Shown here piece by piece: positions 50,801-63,717 of a stretch of DNA of 64,000 bases (positions are counted from its first letter, which is position 1; every line of letters starts with the position of its first letter). The notes beneath the pieces were generated by a model. It was not told the origin of the DNA. It ran no database searches and saw only the letters and a program-made list of their open reading frames with translations. Origin of the DNA: Mytilus edulis (lineage: Eukaryota); the NCBI RefSeq assembly GCF_963676685.1, contig NC_092353.1, positions 16,368,001-16,432,000 of the forward strand, read 5' to 3'. The position numbers and the translations under genes were made by a program.

Positions 50801-53479
50801 TATTTTGTCATATCAACCGATTTACTGAACCCGTTGGGTTTTTCGTTTGAATTGTTTTAAATTTTGTCACGTCATTATCCTTTTTTGGTTACAGAAACTA
50901 TATAGTATGAAAATGACAATTTTAAATTCAAAACAATACTTTAATGAACAATTTACTTTTAGGCGTTTTGCAGATCACAACTATCATATCTTGCATCAGA
51001 TGACACCGCTGCTAAGCATACTTTTATCAGACAAGCTCTTAGTGTGCTAGACGGTTCGTATACTTTTCAAACATTCAACGAATATAAAGTCGCACGTTAA
51101 TGAAAATTAAGCGTGCAAAATTGCATTCACGTTGCCTTATAATGGATTTTAAATTGACAAAAGACGCAAATCTCATTTACTTCATTGTTTATGTTTTTTC
51201 ATCTTATAGTGGATGTGTTTTCCTCGGTTTTAGTTTGGAAGCCGGATTTGATTTCTCTCAATCAATTTATGACTTACAAACAGCGGTATACTACTGTTGC
51301 CTTTCAAAAAACCTTTCGACATCTTACAGTAACATCGACAGCGTCAATTACATCATTCAAGAAATCTAAATACGAAAGCTGACCGATTACTTGTGACAAC
51401 TTAACACGTCCAACCAACGGCAAGTTAAAAAGTTTGAAGGTCGTACTTTAACCTATAGTTCAATTGATTACTTCTTATTAATTGTTATTTGGATGGAGAG
51501 TTGTCTCATTGTCACTCATACCACATCTTATTTCTATTGAACACGTATCGGTGCATTTTTAAACATTGCTAAACTTGAACTTTGCATATAACTTCGTATT
51601 ACATTTATTACATTTGAAAGTAATTTACTTTACTTAGGTTTACTTAGGCTCTTTACTGGTTTACTAAAGTTCTTCTACATCAGTCTCTATATCTAAATCT
51701 TCTCCACTTCCGGTGATTTTTTATTTGTAGTCTTCGTACACCATTGTTTGGTTCTTCCAGTGTTTTTCTAGTCTATTCTGAAATGTATTTTTGGTTGGTG
51801 ATGTCACTTGATTTCTGGTAGTGTGTTCCATGTTCTCACCACTCGCAGAGCAAAGGCATTCCTCCTTAATTCTGTTCTTGCTCTCTGTTGAAATGTTTTC
51901 AGACTTTTGCCGCGTATCCCTGTTCGTGTAGTCATATCCTTCCATAATTTAACAAATTGTGCCGCCTCTTTATCATATTTTCCGTTCAGTAGTTTATATA
52001 ATTCAATCATGTCACCTCGGACCCGTTTAAAATTTAGAGATGGTAGTTTTAATTTTTGCAGTCTTTCTGGGTATGTTTAATTTTTGAATCCTGGTAGTTG
52101 TTTAGTTGCCCGGCGCTGCACATTGTCAATCATGTCAAAATATTTTATTTTATATGGATGCCATACTGAGCTTGCAAACTCTAAATGTGTTCTTACGAGT
52201 GTCTTGTATAATGGTATAAAGTATCTGTATCTAAATATTGGAAAGTCCTTCTCAGTAGTGCAAACATGGAATTTGCATATGCAAAGAGGTATACGTCGGA
52301 ATCAAAATTGGAAGGTCATTTATGAAAATTACAAAAAGCACATATCCTTGAGGTATACCTGAAGTTACTTTTGATCATGATGCTGCTTTATTGTTTATTG
52401 AAAAATGTTGTATCCTGTCACTTAGAAAAAACTATCGATCCAATTCAGATCTGAAAGTTCTGTGCCATATGCTCTGAGTTTGTTGATTAGTCTTTTGGGC
52501 GGAACAGTGTCGAATGCTTTCATATAGTCTATGTAAATAACATCGATAGATTTCCCATTATCAAGGGCTTCTAGCCATTTGTCCAATACATTTAAAATTT
52601 GAATAATGTAGATCTGTCTGATATAAATCCATAGTGAAGATCAAATCTTTCATTTTTGGTATATTATAATAATCACTGTGATATAAACATGAATGTCTCT
52701 TTTTCTTCACTAGGTGCGAAAATAAAGGATTTTTTTATCGGTGGAAACGACCGAGTCTTTGAAGGTCAGTGGCGTTGGTTGGAGACTGGCATGCCAATTA
52801 CTAAATTTACAGCTTGGGCTCCAAACAGTCCATCAACAAATATGACACTGGCAATGAAGCAAAATTGTATGATGTTGACATGGGTGGACAATGACGTGTA
52901 TTGGACTGACCACGACTGTTCTGACCGTAGAGGACATTTCATTTGTGAAAAGCCGTAAGCATTTTTTTACATAACGTTACGGAAATATTGCGTGTAGACA
53001 ATACGAATGCCGTATCAACTGTAATAAACGATCAACAGATTCAAAAACATTCATTTACGCGAAAACACATCTTACTTTACAACACAAAAAAAGAAAGGAG
53101 TGGAGTGAAGATGTTGTTTGAAAAGTTATGTGGGGAAACCCTTGCTAATACCGTTTTGATTTAGTTAAGGAATTTCGGTTATTTATAAGCACATAACCTC
53201 GGACTTGCCTTCATTCCTCCCTATTGGATAATAGAATGATCGTTACACGTGACAAAAGCGCTTATCAAATAAATGTATCTTACGTATAAATTATCATTGT
53301 TCACGACAAAGTGACTGGCTACAGAAAACACCGAAAATTACACACATTTTTACATTTTATTTATGTGAGTTGGTATAAGCAATCAAGAAAAAAGGTTTTG
53401 CAAATGATAGATTTAATTGATTCTTCAATTGTATCTTTTCAGGGTGTCTTCCGTCACTAGCGCACCAGTAGTCGGTTGA
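47808..53479 (+). CDS. C-type lectin 4 (perlucin-like), secreted, 168 aa
   Basis: Exons 47808-47850, 48995-49089, 50963-51053, 52714-52954, 53443-53479 (507 nt). MGNLTLHLLLCVFVVICTAKCPKDW..; FIGGNDRVFEGQWRW; SPS and WTD motifs; ends PVSSVTSAPVVG*. AATAAA at 53501. Confidence 0.92.
51623..52635 (-). mobile_element. CR1-clade LINE 3' fragment in intron 3 of lectin 4, internally deleted and frameshifted
   Basis: Minus strand encodes VLDKWLEALDNGKSIDVIYIDYMKAFDTVP.., LYKTLVRTHLEFASSVWHPY, VQRRATKQLPG, YPERLQKLKLPSL..RGDMIELYK, RRNAFALRVVRTWNTLP. AAGTA-type microsatellite tail near 51623-51646. Confidence 0.9.
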
Positions 53480-54182
53480 TTTTGTATAGGAAAGCATTTT
53501 AATAAAACTATAAACAATAATATAGAAACACTTTTCTAGAAGATTTATTTAATCTTAGTATTCCCTTTAAAATGAATTTAGGATGTTGACAGATGTATAT
53601 TTACCTCTAAATTTATTTCAAACTATGGGGATTGTTCAATACTGAAATTCACCGCATAACATCGTTCCGCTTATACTTTGAATTCTAACATTATGATCTC
53701 TGGAAAATGGATCAAAACTTCAATTGTGAAGTATGTGCATTTTCCTTATAAAAAGGTCCATCTTATAAGTTCATCTCTTAGACAGTGTATCACCAAGACC
53801 TTGTTGATAAATATTCAGTATCAACTTCACAAATAATACACGATGGTCTTGAAGTGAAGATTATGTGTACTGATCATGTTCATCATTTTAACGACGTGTT
53901 ATAGTATTCTTTTATTTGTCTTTATCAATATTAATTTTGCTGTTTAATCTGGTTTTGTGCTATCCAATTGAGTGGCTCTGCACTTGTACATCCAGTCATT
54001 ATGTTGTTGTGCTTTGGTAGAATTTTATGTTCTTGTCTTTCATTTTTTCTAATGTTCTTTGTCTATATGCCTTATTGTGATGCTATGTTACATATGACAT
54101 AGTTCTGTACTGATACATACTATCATTGTGTTACCTTTGGTATATTTTGTTTGGTATTCTTGTCTTTCATGTTTCTTTGTTA

Positions 54183-55040
54183 AGCCCCATGGTCAGTTAC
54201 ACTAGACTACGATCGGGCCACGCTCACCGCGATTATATATGAATTCAGAATTCAGATCGTGATGAGATCGCAGTAAGAGCGGCATACAAATGTACATTTC
54301 CGTTTCTTTCCCGTTGCTATGTCCTTATTACGCTTTTATAACAATCCCGTTACGATTATACCACGTTCTCACCACAATTACTCTTCGACCTCGCTACTAT
54401 AATCACGATCTTTCTACGCTCATCGCGTCCTATCGGCGACCATACCACGATTTAACTTATTGCAATACGATCTTTCCAAGCTTCTGCTGGGATAATAACA
54501 CGATCTTACCCCAACCATACTACGATCATACCACGATCTTAGAACGCTTTCAACAATAACGTCAACATCGTTTTCCAAATAAATACTGTTCCATTCCTTA
54601 TATTACTCGCTGATAAGTTTCACGGAAACAACACAGTCATGCAACCAAAATCTACCAGAACTCGTGGGCATGGTGGTAGGGGTAGAGGTAGATCTGATAG
54701 TAAAAAATCATGATCTAGTAGTAGAAATATGTCAGACCTGAATCACAACCTTTTACTGGTCCGCCAAAATCAAATGACGATGCTTTAGTGAACGATATTA
54801 GGGATGACACAACTGTGTCAAGCATGGTTAAGGTATTAGAGAATACGAACAAGAAGTCAAAATAACATATCGACCAACAAAACCTGGAGAGCGTTTATAC
54901 ATGTTATGTGACAATTACAATGAGCATGCTAGTCATAGAATGAACGCAGTCAGATCATAGGAAGAGCGGGAAGAGCACGTGATGAGCGTGCTAAAATCGT
55001 ACTCTGGTCTTGAACAGCGTGGTATAAATGTGAAGTCTAT
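54183..55040. mobile_element. Degenerate non-autonomous DNA transposon (Harbinger-like), ACGAT-rich subterminal motifs
   Basis: Dense ACGAT/ATCGT motifs in opposite orientation near the ends; remnant ORF start MQPKSTRTRGHGGRGRGR at about 54639. Boundaries approximate. Confidence 0.4.
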
Positions 55041-55274
55041 TTTCGATGAACCGGTAAACATTATTTTTAAGGGACCAGCTGAAGCCCGTTTCCAAGTGCA
55101 GGATTTTTTCGCTGTGTTGAAGACCCATTTGTGGCCTTGTGCTGATTTCTGCTCTGTTGTCGGGTTGTTGTCTCTTTGACACATTCCCCGTTTTCATTCT
55201 CAATGTTACCTATATCCAATCATGTGTATAATGTCATAGTTACAAGTATGTACAGTTCAACTTTTCATATGGTG

Positions 55275-55335
55275 TTTTTCATGCCCCACATACGATAGTA
55301 GAGGGGCATTATGTTTTCTGGTCTGTGGGTCAGTA
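55275..55335 (+). mobile_element. Truncated HINE 5' end
   Basis: TTTTTCATGCCCCACATACGATAGTAGAGGGGCATTATGTTTTCTGGTCTGT with internal ATGCCCC/GGGGCAT inverted repeat. Confidence 0.5.
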
Positions 55336-55814
55336 TAGTAGTTTTATCTTTAATGAGACTTAATCATGGGTATTAGGACAAATTTAAAGTTGTTTGAATA
55401 TTTTGATTCCGCTGAAAATAATATAGCTGCGAGAAAAAATCTTTTTGTATATTCTTTGGATATGATCCACTTTTTAAAGTAAAACGAACATATCGATTTT
55501 AATTACGAATTCAATTCATCAATTTCATATCCGAAAATGAGGGCAAAGTTTTTTGTATTTACATGTACGTTTCGTCGCGTTAAATATGTGCGTAATAATA
55601 AATTAACGGATGTAGGGTTTTTGTATATATAACGTTTTTTGTTTCTACAAAACTAATTCAAGGTCTACTTTGACTTGACGTAAACATGTTGGTTATACGA
55701 GCTATTATAATTTTATGTAAGTATTTTATAGAAAATAACAAGTAGTTTATTATAAATATTATTTGTGTGTACTGTCCTATAATTTTACCGAAATTGCTCA
55801 CAACCTCTATTATT

Positions 55815-56390
55815 AGTTATCAAAGGTAACAGGATTATAATTTAATACGCCAGACGAGCGCGTTTAGTCTATATAAGACTCATCAGTGACGATACTATCA
55901 CAATATTTAAAAAGCAAAACAATTACAAAGTTGAAGAGCATTGCGGATCCCAAATTCCAAAAAGTGGTGCTAAATACGGCTAAGGTATTCTATGCCTGGG
56001 ATAAGAAAATCCTTATTTTTTTTCCAAAAATTCAAAGTTTTGTTAACAGAAAATTTATGAAAATGACCACATTATTGCTATTCATGTCAACACATAAGTG
56101 TTGACTACTGGGCTGGTGATACCCTCGGGGACGAAACGTCCACTAGCAGTGTCATCGACCCAGTGGTGTAAATAGTTATCAAAGGTACCAGGATTATAAT
56201 TTTGTACGCCTAACACGCGTTTCGTCTATATAACACTCATCAGTGACGCTACTATCAAAATAGTTAAAAAGCCAAACAATTACAAAGTTGAAGAGCATTG
56301 AGAATTCCCAAAAATTGTACAATATACGGCTAAGGTAATCTATGCCTGAGATAAGAAAATCTTTAGTTTTTCGAAAAATTAAATCGTTGT
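55815..56390 (+). repeat. Dispersed repeat family B, here as a partial head-to-tail dimer of a 359-bp unit
   Basis: Units begin AGTTATCAAAGGTA at 55815 and 56174. Related copies at about 16865-17225, 26015-26340 (-), 28448-28565, 44150-44345 (-), 63735-63830 (-). Confidence 0.85.
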
Positions 56391-57644
56391 TATACATGCC
56401 TTAACACTGATCGACATACCTTGTAAATAAATCATTTACGCGGATACATCATCGACGGTGACAATGTTACAAATGCATGGGTTTAAATCCCATCAAGGGA
56501 AGTACCAAAATTTACTACAATAGATAAGCATAACTTGTTTATCTTTGCGTGTGTTTATTTTTACTTCATCTGTTGTTGTATCTTTGTTAACCTTAAAGTT
56601 CTTGTTATGTTTTCTATTTCTTTTTTTAAACAAGAACTACCTCATATCGGTTTGGTTTTATATTTTCTTTAAAATAGAACTTTGATGACGTTACACTTTA
56701 TAAATTAGATGCGTCCGAACCGGTTTTCTAGATTTATCTCTATCTGAAACGAGTAAAAATATTCTAAAGCGTAAGGAGCTATCTAAAACTGAAAATAAAA
56801 TTGAAAATAAATTAATTTTGGTATTATTGTTCTTGTTGAATTGCCTTTTACATTGCCAAAATGTATATACAAAAATACAATAAAAAGTATTGGTCATCGT
56901 GCCCAATATTTTGCATAAGTTATTCATGATAAACACGTTTTTTTATACTCAGGAATCTATGAATTTTGAAATAAAATATGAAAAAAAACAATTTTAACAT
57001 TTAGTTTAAGAAAATAAATGGTGTCACGAAACTTGTTTTCTTGACTCAATTAAAAATGAAAATTTCTTTTAACCTTCCTTTCTTAAGATTAACTATTGGA
57101 GTAATCTTCTTTTGAATTGCTAACTTGAAGAGTTGATTTGAACAAATACAAATATTTTGTATCTTTATTGCTATCTTAGACTTGCATTACTGGTTGTTAT
57201 TTTTATAACCTTTGTAAACCAATTTTTAGAGGCATTTTTCAGTACAACTTGGAAAATTGGCAAAAAATCTATTATTTCACATATTCTTGAAAACTATCTT
57301 AATGGCAACGAAAAACAAACTTCTAATTTTATCGAAACCTTTTCTATATTGCCCAAAATTTCTTCTGAACATGGTAACAGGAGAGACAAAATATTGCACC
57401 CCCTATTAAAAAAATTGTTTCAAAATATTCTTGTATGACATAATCAAGATTGCATCTTTTTATATGTTGTTCTATAAGTATTTTTTGCATTTTCGACATT
57501 TTTTATAAACACAGTAGTAGTAAATGAATATACCACTTTATATAGATTAGCTAAAACATGATAAACTGTTTCAAACATATACATCCTTTTATCAAAACTG
57601 TGTGCTTAATTCTTCTTTAATATAAAAATGCTGATTCTCTCAAG

Positions 57645-60600
57645 GTGTCCCTGTTATAATTGATGCCAGTATTTGGGGATACTGGGGATCATGTGGGAAG
57701 ACATGTGGAATTGGAACACAAATTAGACAAAGAATAAACAGCGCTGGAAACGTCTTGGAATCGGAAAAACAATATTGTAACACACAGCCGTGTCCAGGTA
57801 CGTGTAACAATGTCATTAAATTAAAACATTGGTTAATTAAATGTAAATCTATTGTTCTATAACAACCAATCTTAAATTATGCACTTATCAAGTGATTTTC
57901 CTAATTTTGACCAATAAGTAAGACATTTGTTTTATTGTCGATAACACATAACCGTTCTTTTTAAGTTATGAACAGCATTTGCTATACTGGTCTTGAAGAT
58001 CACTTACTTTACACCAATAGACAAATGGGTCTTCTTAGAATTGACTGCCCCTCCCCTAAACAAAACGAACTAAACTAAATCACAACACACATGCATTTGT
58101 CATTTGCCATTCTTGTCTTGAAGGTCAGTAATATTCTTGAGGGTCACCAAGCTTTCAATAATAGACGAATGTCAGAACAATATGTTATGCTCAAAAACCT
58201 ACCTAGTCTAGAAAGTTTGTTTTGCAGTTAAAGACTGACATTGAATATTGTAACTTTAATCACTGATAGGTCGGAGGAATCAATTGTTTATAGATTTAAT
58301 TTCGTGTAGCAATACAAAAATAATCTTATATTATCCATCCTTAGCGCTTTTTCGCGGTTTAGTCATTATGAACACTTAAAGTCAAATATGTGAAATCCAA
58401 GTATGTATAAAAATTAATTTACACAGCCACAATGTTTGTTACATTGAGAATTGTTTGTAGTCCAGCTGTGATGTTTTTTAATTCTTTTTACAGTTGCAAA
58501 AACATGCCGCTCTAATTACGTTTGTCCTAATTATGGAGAATGCCGAAATAATACATGTCATTGTACTGGGGATGCTGCAGGAAAAGGTTTCAATACGTTC
58601 AGTTGTTTGCGTAAGTCTCAATTTTCTTAAAGTAAAGTTTTCTATAGAAAAAAGAATAAAATTAAGAAAGTAAAAGAAACAGGATATAAAATTTACGTAC
58701 ACGATATCTGGCTTTAAACATAGCTTAAATCGTCAAACATTTAAGACAGTTCAAATCTTCCTTTAACTTTTTTGTAAAATAATTGTCATCGTATAACAGT
58801 AAAATAAGAAAACACAAAGTAAATCCATTCATATATAGCTGTGTATCCTATAACTTTGACTGACAAAAGATTATCAGACCACATCTGATGTGTCCCACAC
58901 ACAGGCTGTTAATTAAGTTTCATTTTTAAAACTTTTATCATCTAAACTACGATTGATGTTTTATCAACATGCGAAGAAAAGTGAACCGTTTCTCAATAAA
59001 TTTTTGCCGATGTAACTATGTTTTTTTTTTTTAATTTAGTGAACAATTTTACTATATGTATATCTCACACAATTATGCTTCCTAATCGAATAATTTGTAT
59101 AAAATACACTAATGTATAGTCACTTTATCTTGTATATTTGGTCAAAATTGTGTGTTTATCATAATTGTTTATTATTTATGTGTGTGTGTGTGTCTTAACG
59201 ATTCTGATTTATTGACGCATTCTGACCCTTTCATTTCTTGTATATTGATATTGTAAGTCTGTATATCATCTAACACTTTCCCTGAAAACATAAAAATATA
59301 AAGCTTATCAAATATTTAAATGTATATCACATTCATTTTTTTTATCAGCCCAACAAGGAAATTGCGCTATTCTGAAAAACCCTCCGACAGCTATTGGATA
59401 TAAAGATCCTTCAGTAAAATATCCAGGAACCTATGATGATCTGTACAGCTGTACCACAAATGACAACCCGAAATACGAAGTTCATGTAGTTAGCCTCAAA
59501 GGAAACTACAATGAGTTTATATATAAGATATCTATTGTACCACGTGGTCCTGTAGTCAAACCAATTATTCTCGTATTGACATCAGAGTTATGGATAGGTT
59601 CTACACAATGGATGATAGAAACGCCTGTTGGAATTAACAAAGTGCTGTATGGAGTAAGATTTGTTTTCCTTCAAAATGTTTTGTTTTGATAGTGTCTCCG
59701 CGTATAAGACTTTATATATGTAATCATTATAGAAATTAGAATTGTATAAAGAACAAGTTGATCGTTTTGACTGAAACTTTATTATTCACATGGTTCATTT
59801 TTTATTCAAATCTTGTTCTTGAAAAAATACTGTTTATAAAAACGTCAATGTAGCTGGGGTGTCTTTTCTTCAGTCCTGGATTTTGAAATAACACATAATC
59901 GGTCTAGATCTTTAATGAAAGGTGCAAATTTCGAGAGTGGTATGTATAAAAAAAGAAGATGTGGTATGATTGCCAATGAGACAACTCTCCACAAGTGACC
60001 AAAATGACACAGAAATTAACAACTATAGGTCACCGTAAGGCCTTCAATAATGACCAAAGCCCATACCGCATAGTCAGCAATAAAAGGCCCCGCAATGACA
60101 ATGTAAAACAATTCAAACGAGAAAACTAACGCCCTTACTTATATCCAAAAAAATAAACGAAAACAAATATGTAGCACATAAACAAACGACAACCACTGAA
60201 TTACAGGCTCCTGACTTGGGACAGGCACATACATACATAATGTGGCGGAGTTAAACATTTTAGCGGGATCCCAACCCTTCCCCTAACCTGGGACAGTGGT
60301 ATAACAGTACAACATAAGAACGGACTATAAATATCAGTTAAAAAAGGCTTAACTTATCAGATGGACAAAAATATTCATGTGTAAGACTTTTGATTGGTAT
60401 ATAGAAAATTATGTGTTTTATAAAAATTGGGACTGTTCTTTTCACAAGAAAAAAAAATCTTTTATTTTTTTTTTTTTTTTCAACTTTGCCACATAAAAGG
60501 AGATATTCCAGGTATAAGGGAAGATAACTTGGATAAGTAATTTAGATCAAGGAATGTTATGTGAATTAACCTATTTTAATATGTAGCAAGAAAACGAGTA

Positions 60601-63600
60601 CGGTGACCCCATTTTTCGTTTTCTTATATGAAATCATATTATTAGAGTTATTATGTCATATTTTATCTTAATATTTTATGCTGTAGTTTTGTTTTTAACA
60701 CACATGCATGTTTTCCTTGCATAATCTTTACAAAATCTGACAATAAAGCACAACCTTTCTTATCATATTTTAACAAGTTATTAAAACATCTGTGGATTCA
60801 AATTTAAACCCCTGATCTACCACAAATACTCGAGACTCAATGTTTTTTCTATACCGATGCATTTATAGCCTTTATGGTTCATGTCACGCTTTGCATAGTT
60901 TTTGGTTTTCATTGATTAATTGTCATTTAGCTCACCTTGCACCAGCGACGTATTGGACCAGTGAGAACTATTGTCTTCGCTTGATTTTACTTATCAATCT
61001 CGGTGATCGTGGTGGGAAAAAAGGGGGTTAAAGTTATTTCAATACAAACCAAAAGAGTTTTTTTTTTTTAATGTTTAGGTTTTTTATTATTTCCGTTACA
61101 TTTGAATTTACCAACGTGGCCATTATAATTCTAATAAACAGAAGCATAAATTCAATGACCGAAAGGTAATCCGTATGTCTTTCACTGTAGACTTCAAAAC
61201 ATCTGCTTAAGCTCTCGATCATCACTGATGATACAAACACTGAGGAAATGCGCATTTAGTGCTTTACAGTTGATACCGGTAATGTCATGACTACCTCTGG
61301 GTCGATATCTTTGATGGGAGACTGTGAGTTTTCAAGGGTTTTACGAACTCAGGAGATAGTACTTCGACACTGGACACTGGCATTAACATACACATTTTGT
61401 TTGAATGAAATTCTGTGTAAAAAAAAATCAGAAATATATCTGCCTCGTGCAAAACTCTGATATATTTTCCAGATTTTGCTTTACTTTTTGGTTTTATTAA
61501 CTCCAAATGTTTTTTAAGGAATTTGAATTTCTAAATTTTTGGCTTCTAGCATCACTAAAGAGACAATTATAGTCTTAATACGCATCTGATGCAGTAAAAT
61601 CGGTACCTTAACTGTTATTATATAGTTACAAAGTGTTATAAATGTCCTTCTTTATTTCTTTAATTCTTTAATTCTAAACCACAAAGCAATTAACAGCATT
61701 TTTTTATTTGCTTATCATCAGTGCATCTGGTTGAAAAGGTGAATGCAATCAAATAACAACAATATTTAAATGTATGTGTATCTCCCTAGTTTCTTGTTCT
61801 GGTTTGGTATTGTTTGGTTATTTGGTTTAGGTTTTTGCATCAAATTCAGTGGCCTCAATCATCACTATAAAGACATCATTGTTGCATTACTCATCTTGTG
61901 CAGTAATATTTACCATTAATGTTATAAATAGACATGATTTAACTTTGTTAGGGGTTTGAGGTTTAATCCACCATTTTCCACATAAGAAAATGATTGTACC
62001 AAGCTAGGAATATGATAGTTGTTATCCATTCGTTCGATGTGTTTGAGCTTTCAATTTTGCCATTTGATGAGGGACTTTCCGTTTTGAATTTTCCTCAGAG
62101 TTCGATATATTTGTTACTTTACTTTTTTCCACTGGATTCGCAATTAGTATTTTTTGTAACTTATTGAATTTACAAATATTTGGAAAACAATGATAAAACG
62201 TATCATTTTGAAGTATTAATACTGTAAATGTAGCAATAATGCAATCTATTTTTCAACAGCGCAAGGATCCAAATTTACGAATATCATTTTTGTGATGGAA
62301 AATACTATTTGTTGTCTATCTTACAGCCTTTTGTTTTAGTGTTAATTTGTAGAATTTATATGTATATACTTATTTCTGTTTCATCTCTTAAATCAACCAA
62401 TTCGACCAAATTGCCTCATTAAATATTTTACCAGTGATCGAGTGTTTGCCTTTGTCCAGATAATGTATATGTTATATTTCATTCTCATAATAAGCAAGGT
62501 CTGATGAAATAATGAATGTTTGAAATGCATACTTATTTTATAACAGGGAAGGGCCAATCCTTCAACTGTTGGAAAACAAAATTCGTCAAAATGTGAATTC
62601 CGAGCGTTTCAGAGAATAGATTGGATAAAGTACACTGGATATGGAAGGGACGAATATACCTCAGAACTACTTAGATCGGTAACCGAAGATTTCGGACCCA
62701 TAACATCGTTCACAGGATATTATCAAACGAGCAATGAATTAGTATTTCGAATAATATTACATGTTGGAGGCAATCCACTTCAAGTCATTCCTTTTGGAGA
62801 CACGGTAAGAGAACTTTTTATAAATTATATTACATGATGGAGGCAATCCACTTCAAGTCATTCCTTTTGGAGACACGGTAAGAGAACTTTTATAAATTAA
62901 GAAGAAGAAAAAACATAAACGGAAATAAAATAGTTCGACAATTGAAGATATGAGTTAAACTCTTTTCAACTGATTTTGATAGCTTGTTTATATGTTTTAC
63001 TGTTACACCACTGTCCAAAGGAAGGAGAGGGTAGTGCGCGTGAAGACATGTTTAATCCTCTAAATTATGTACGTGTCTGTCCCAAGTCAGGAGCCTGCAA
63101 TTTAGTTGTTGTCGTTTGTTGTTGAAATAGTATAGCATATTTGTATTTCATTCAATGTTGGTGCTATATGAATCAGACCGTTAACTTTCTCTTGTGAATT
63201 ATTATACATTTGTCATTTCGGGGCCGCTTATAGCAAATATTGCGTTATATAAAGGCAAAAGTAGTTTAACGCTGTTCAATAGTCATAAATCGATTAAGCA
63301 AAAACAAATCCGTGTTACAAAACTATAAAAGAAAAACAACGGAACACCAGAAGCATTAAACTGCAACAAAAACAAACACCAACAAATATAGAAACGGACA
63401 ATTTGTTAACCACTGCCATAATCCGTCCTTGGTACAGGACATTTTAAGAAAAAAATGGTGGGCCGACCTGGATTAATGGCTAGCCGAACCTCTCGCTTAT
63501 TTGGCAACGTTTGAAATACACTACATGACAGGAATACAGTACAAACAAACGCAAGAACGCTAAGAAGAGACATATACATAAATAAATAATTTATAAGTAC

Positions 63601-63717
63601 ATTACAACATTGTTTAAAATATTGTCTTATTTATTTCATAGTACATGGTGTCCAGCAATTGTACTGAAGGAATGCTTGACTGTCCATTGATGAATCAGCA
63701 GTTTAGTAGTCCGTCAA
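57645..63717 (+). CDS. Extracellular protein: TSP1 repeat, EGF-like domain and uncharacterised beta-rich domain; partial (first and last exons unresolved)
   Basis: Phase-compatible exons 57645-57797 (WGYWGSCGKTCGIGTQIRQR..CNTQPCP), 58494-58610 (CRSNYVCPNYGECRNNTCHCTG..C), 59349-59653 (..YEVHVVSL..KPIILVLTSE..W..INKVLYG), 62547-62804 (..GYGRD..ELL..FGPITSFTGYY..), 63642-63717. A possible further exon starts at 63880. Confidence 0.82.
59950..60375 (+). repeat. Dispersed repeat family A (AAGATGTGGTATGATTGCCAATGAGACAACT...), longest copy
   Basis: Other copies at about 19330-19575 (-), 40195-40390, 47090-47185, 50390-50460, 63050-63250 (-). Confidence 0.85.
62754..62898 (+). repeat. 73-bp tandem duplication spanning an exon end and its splice donor
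   Basis: 62754-62826 is repeated at 62827-62898 with one substitution and one T deletion. Confidence 0.95.

Noticed and set aside
57157-57438. Hydrophobic ORF as first exon of the TSP1 gene
   Set aside because: TTG start, and the nearby GT donor is phase 0, whereas the TSP1 exon needs phase 1.
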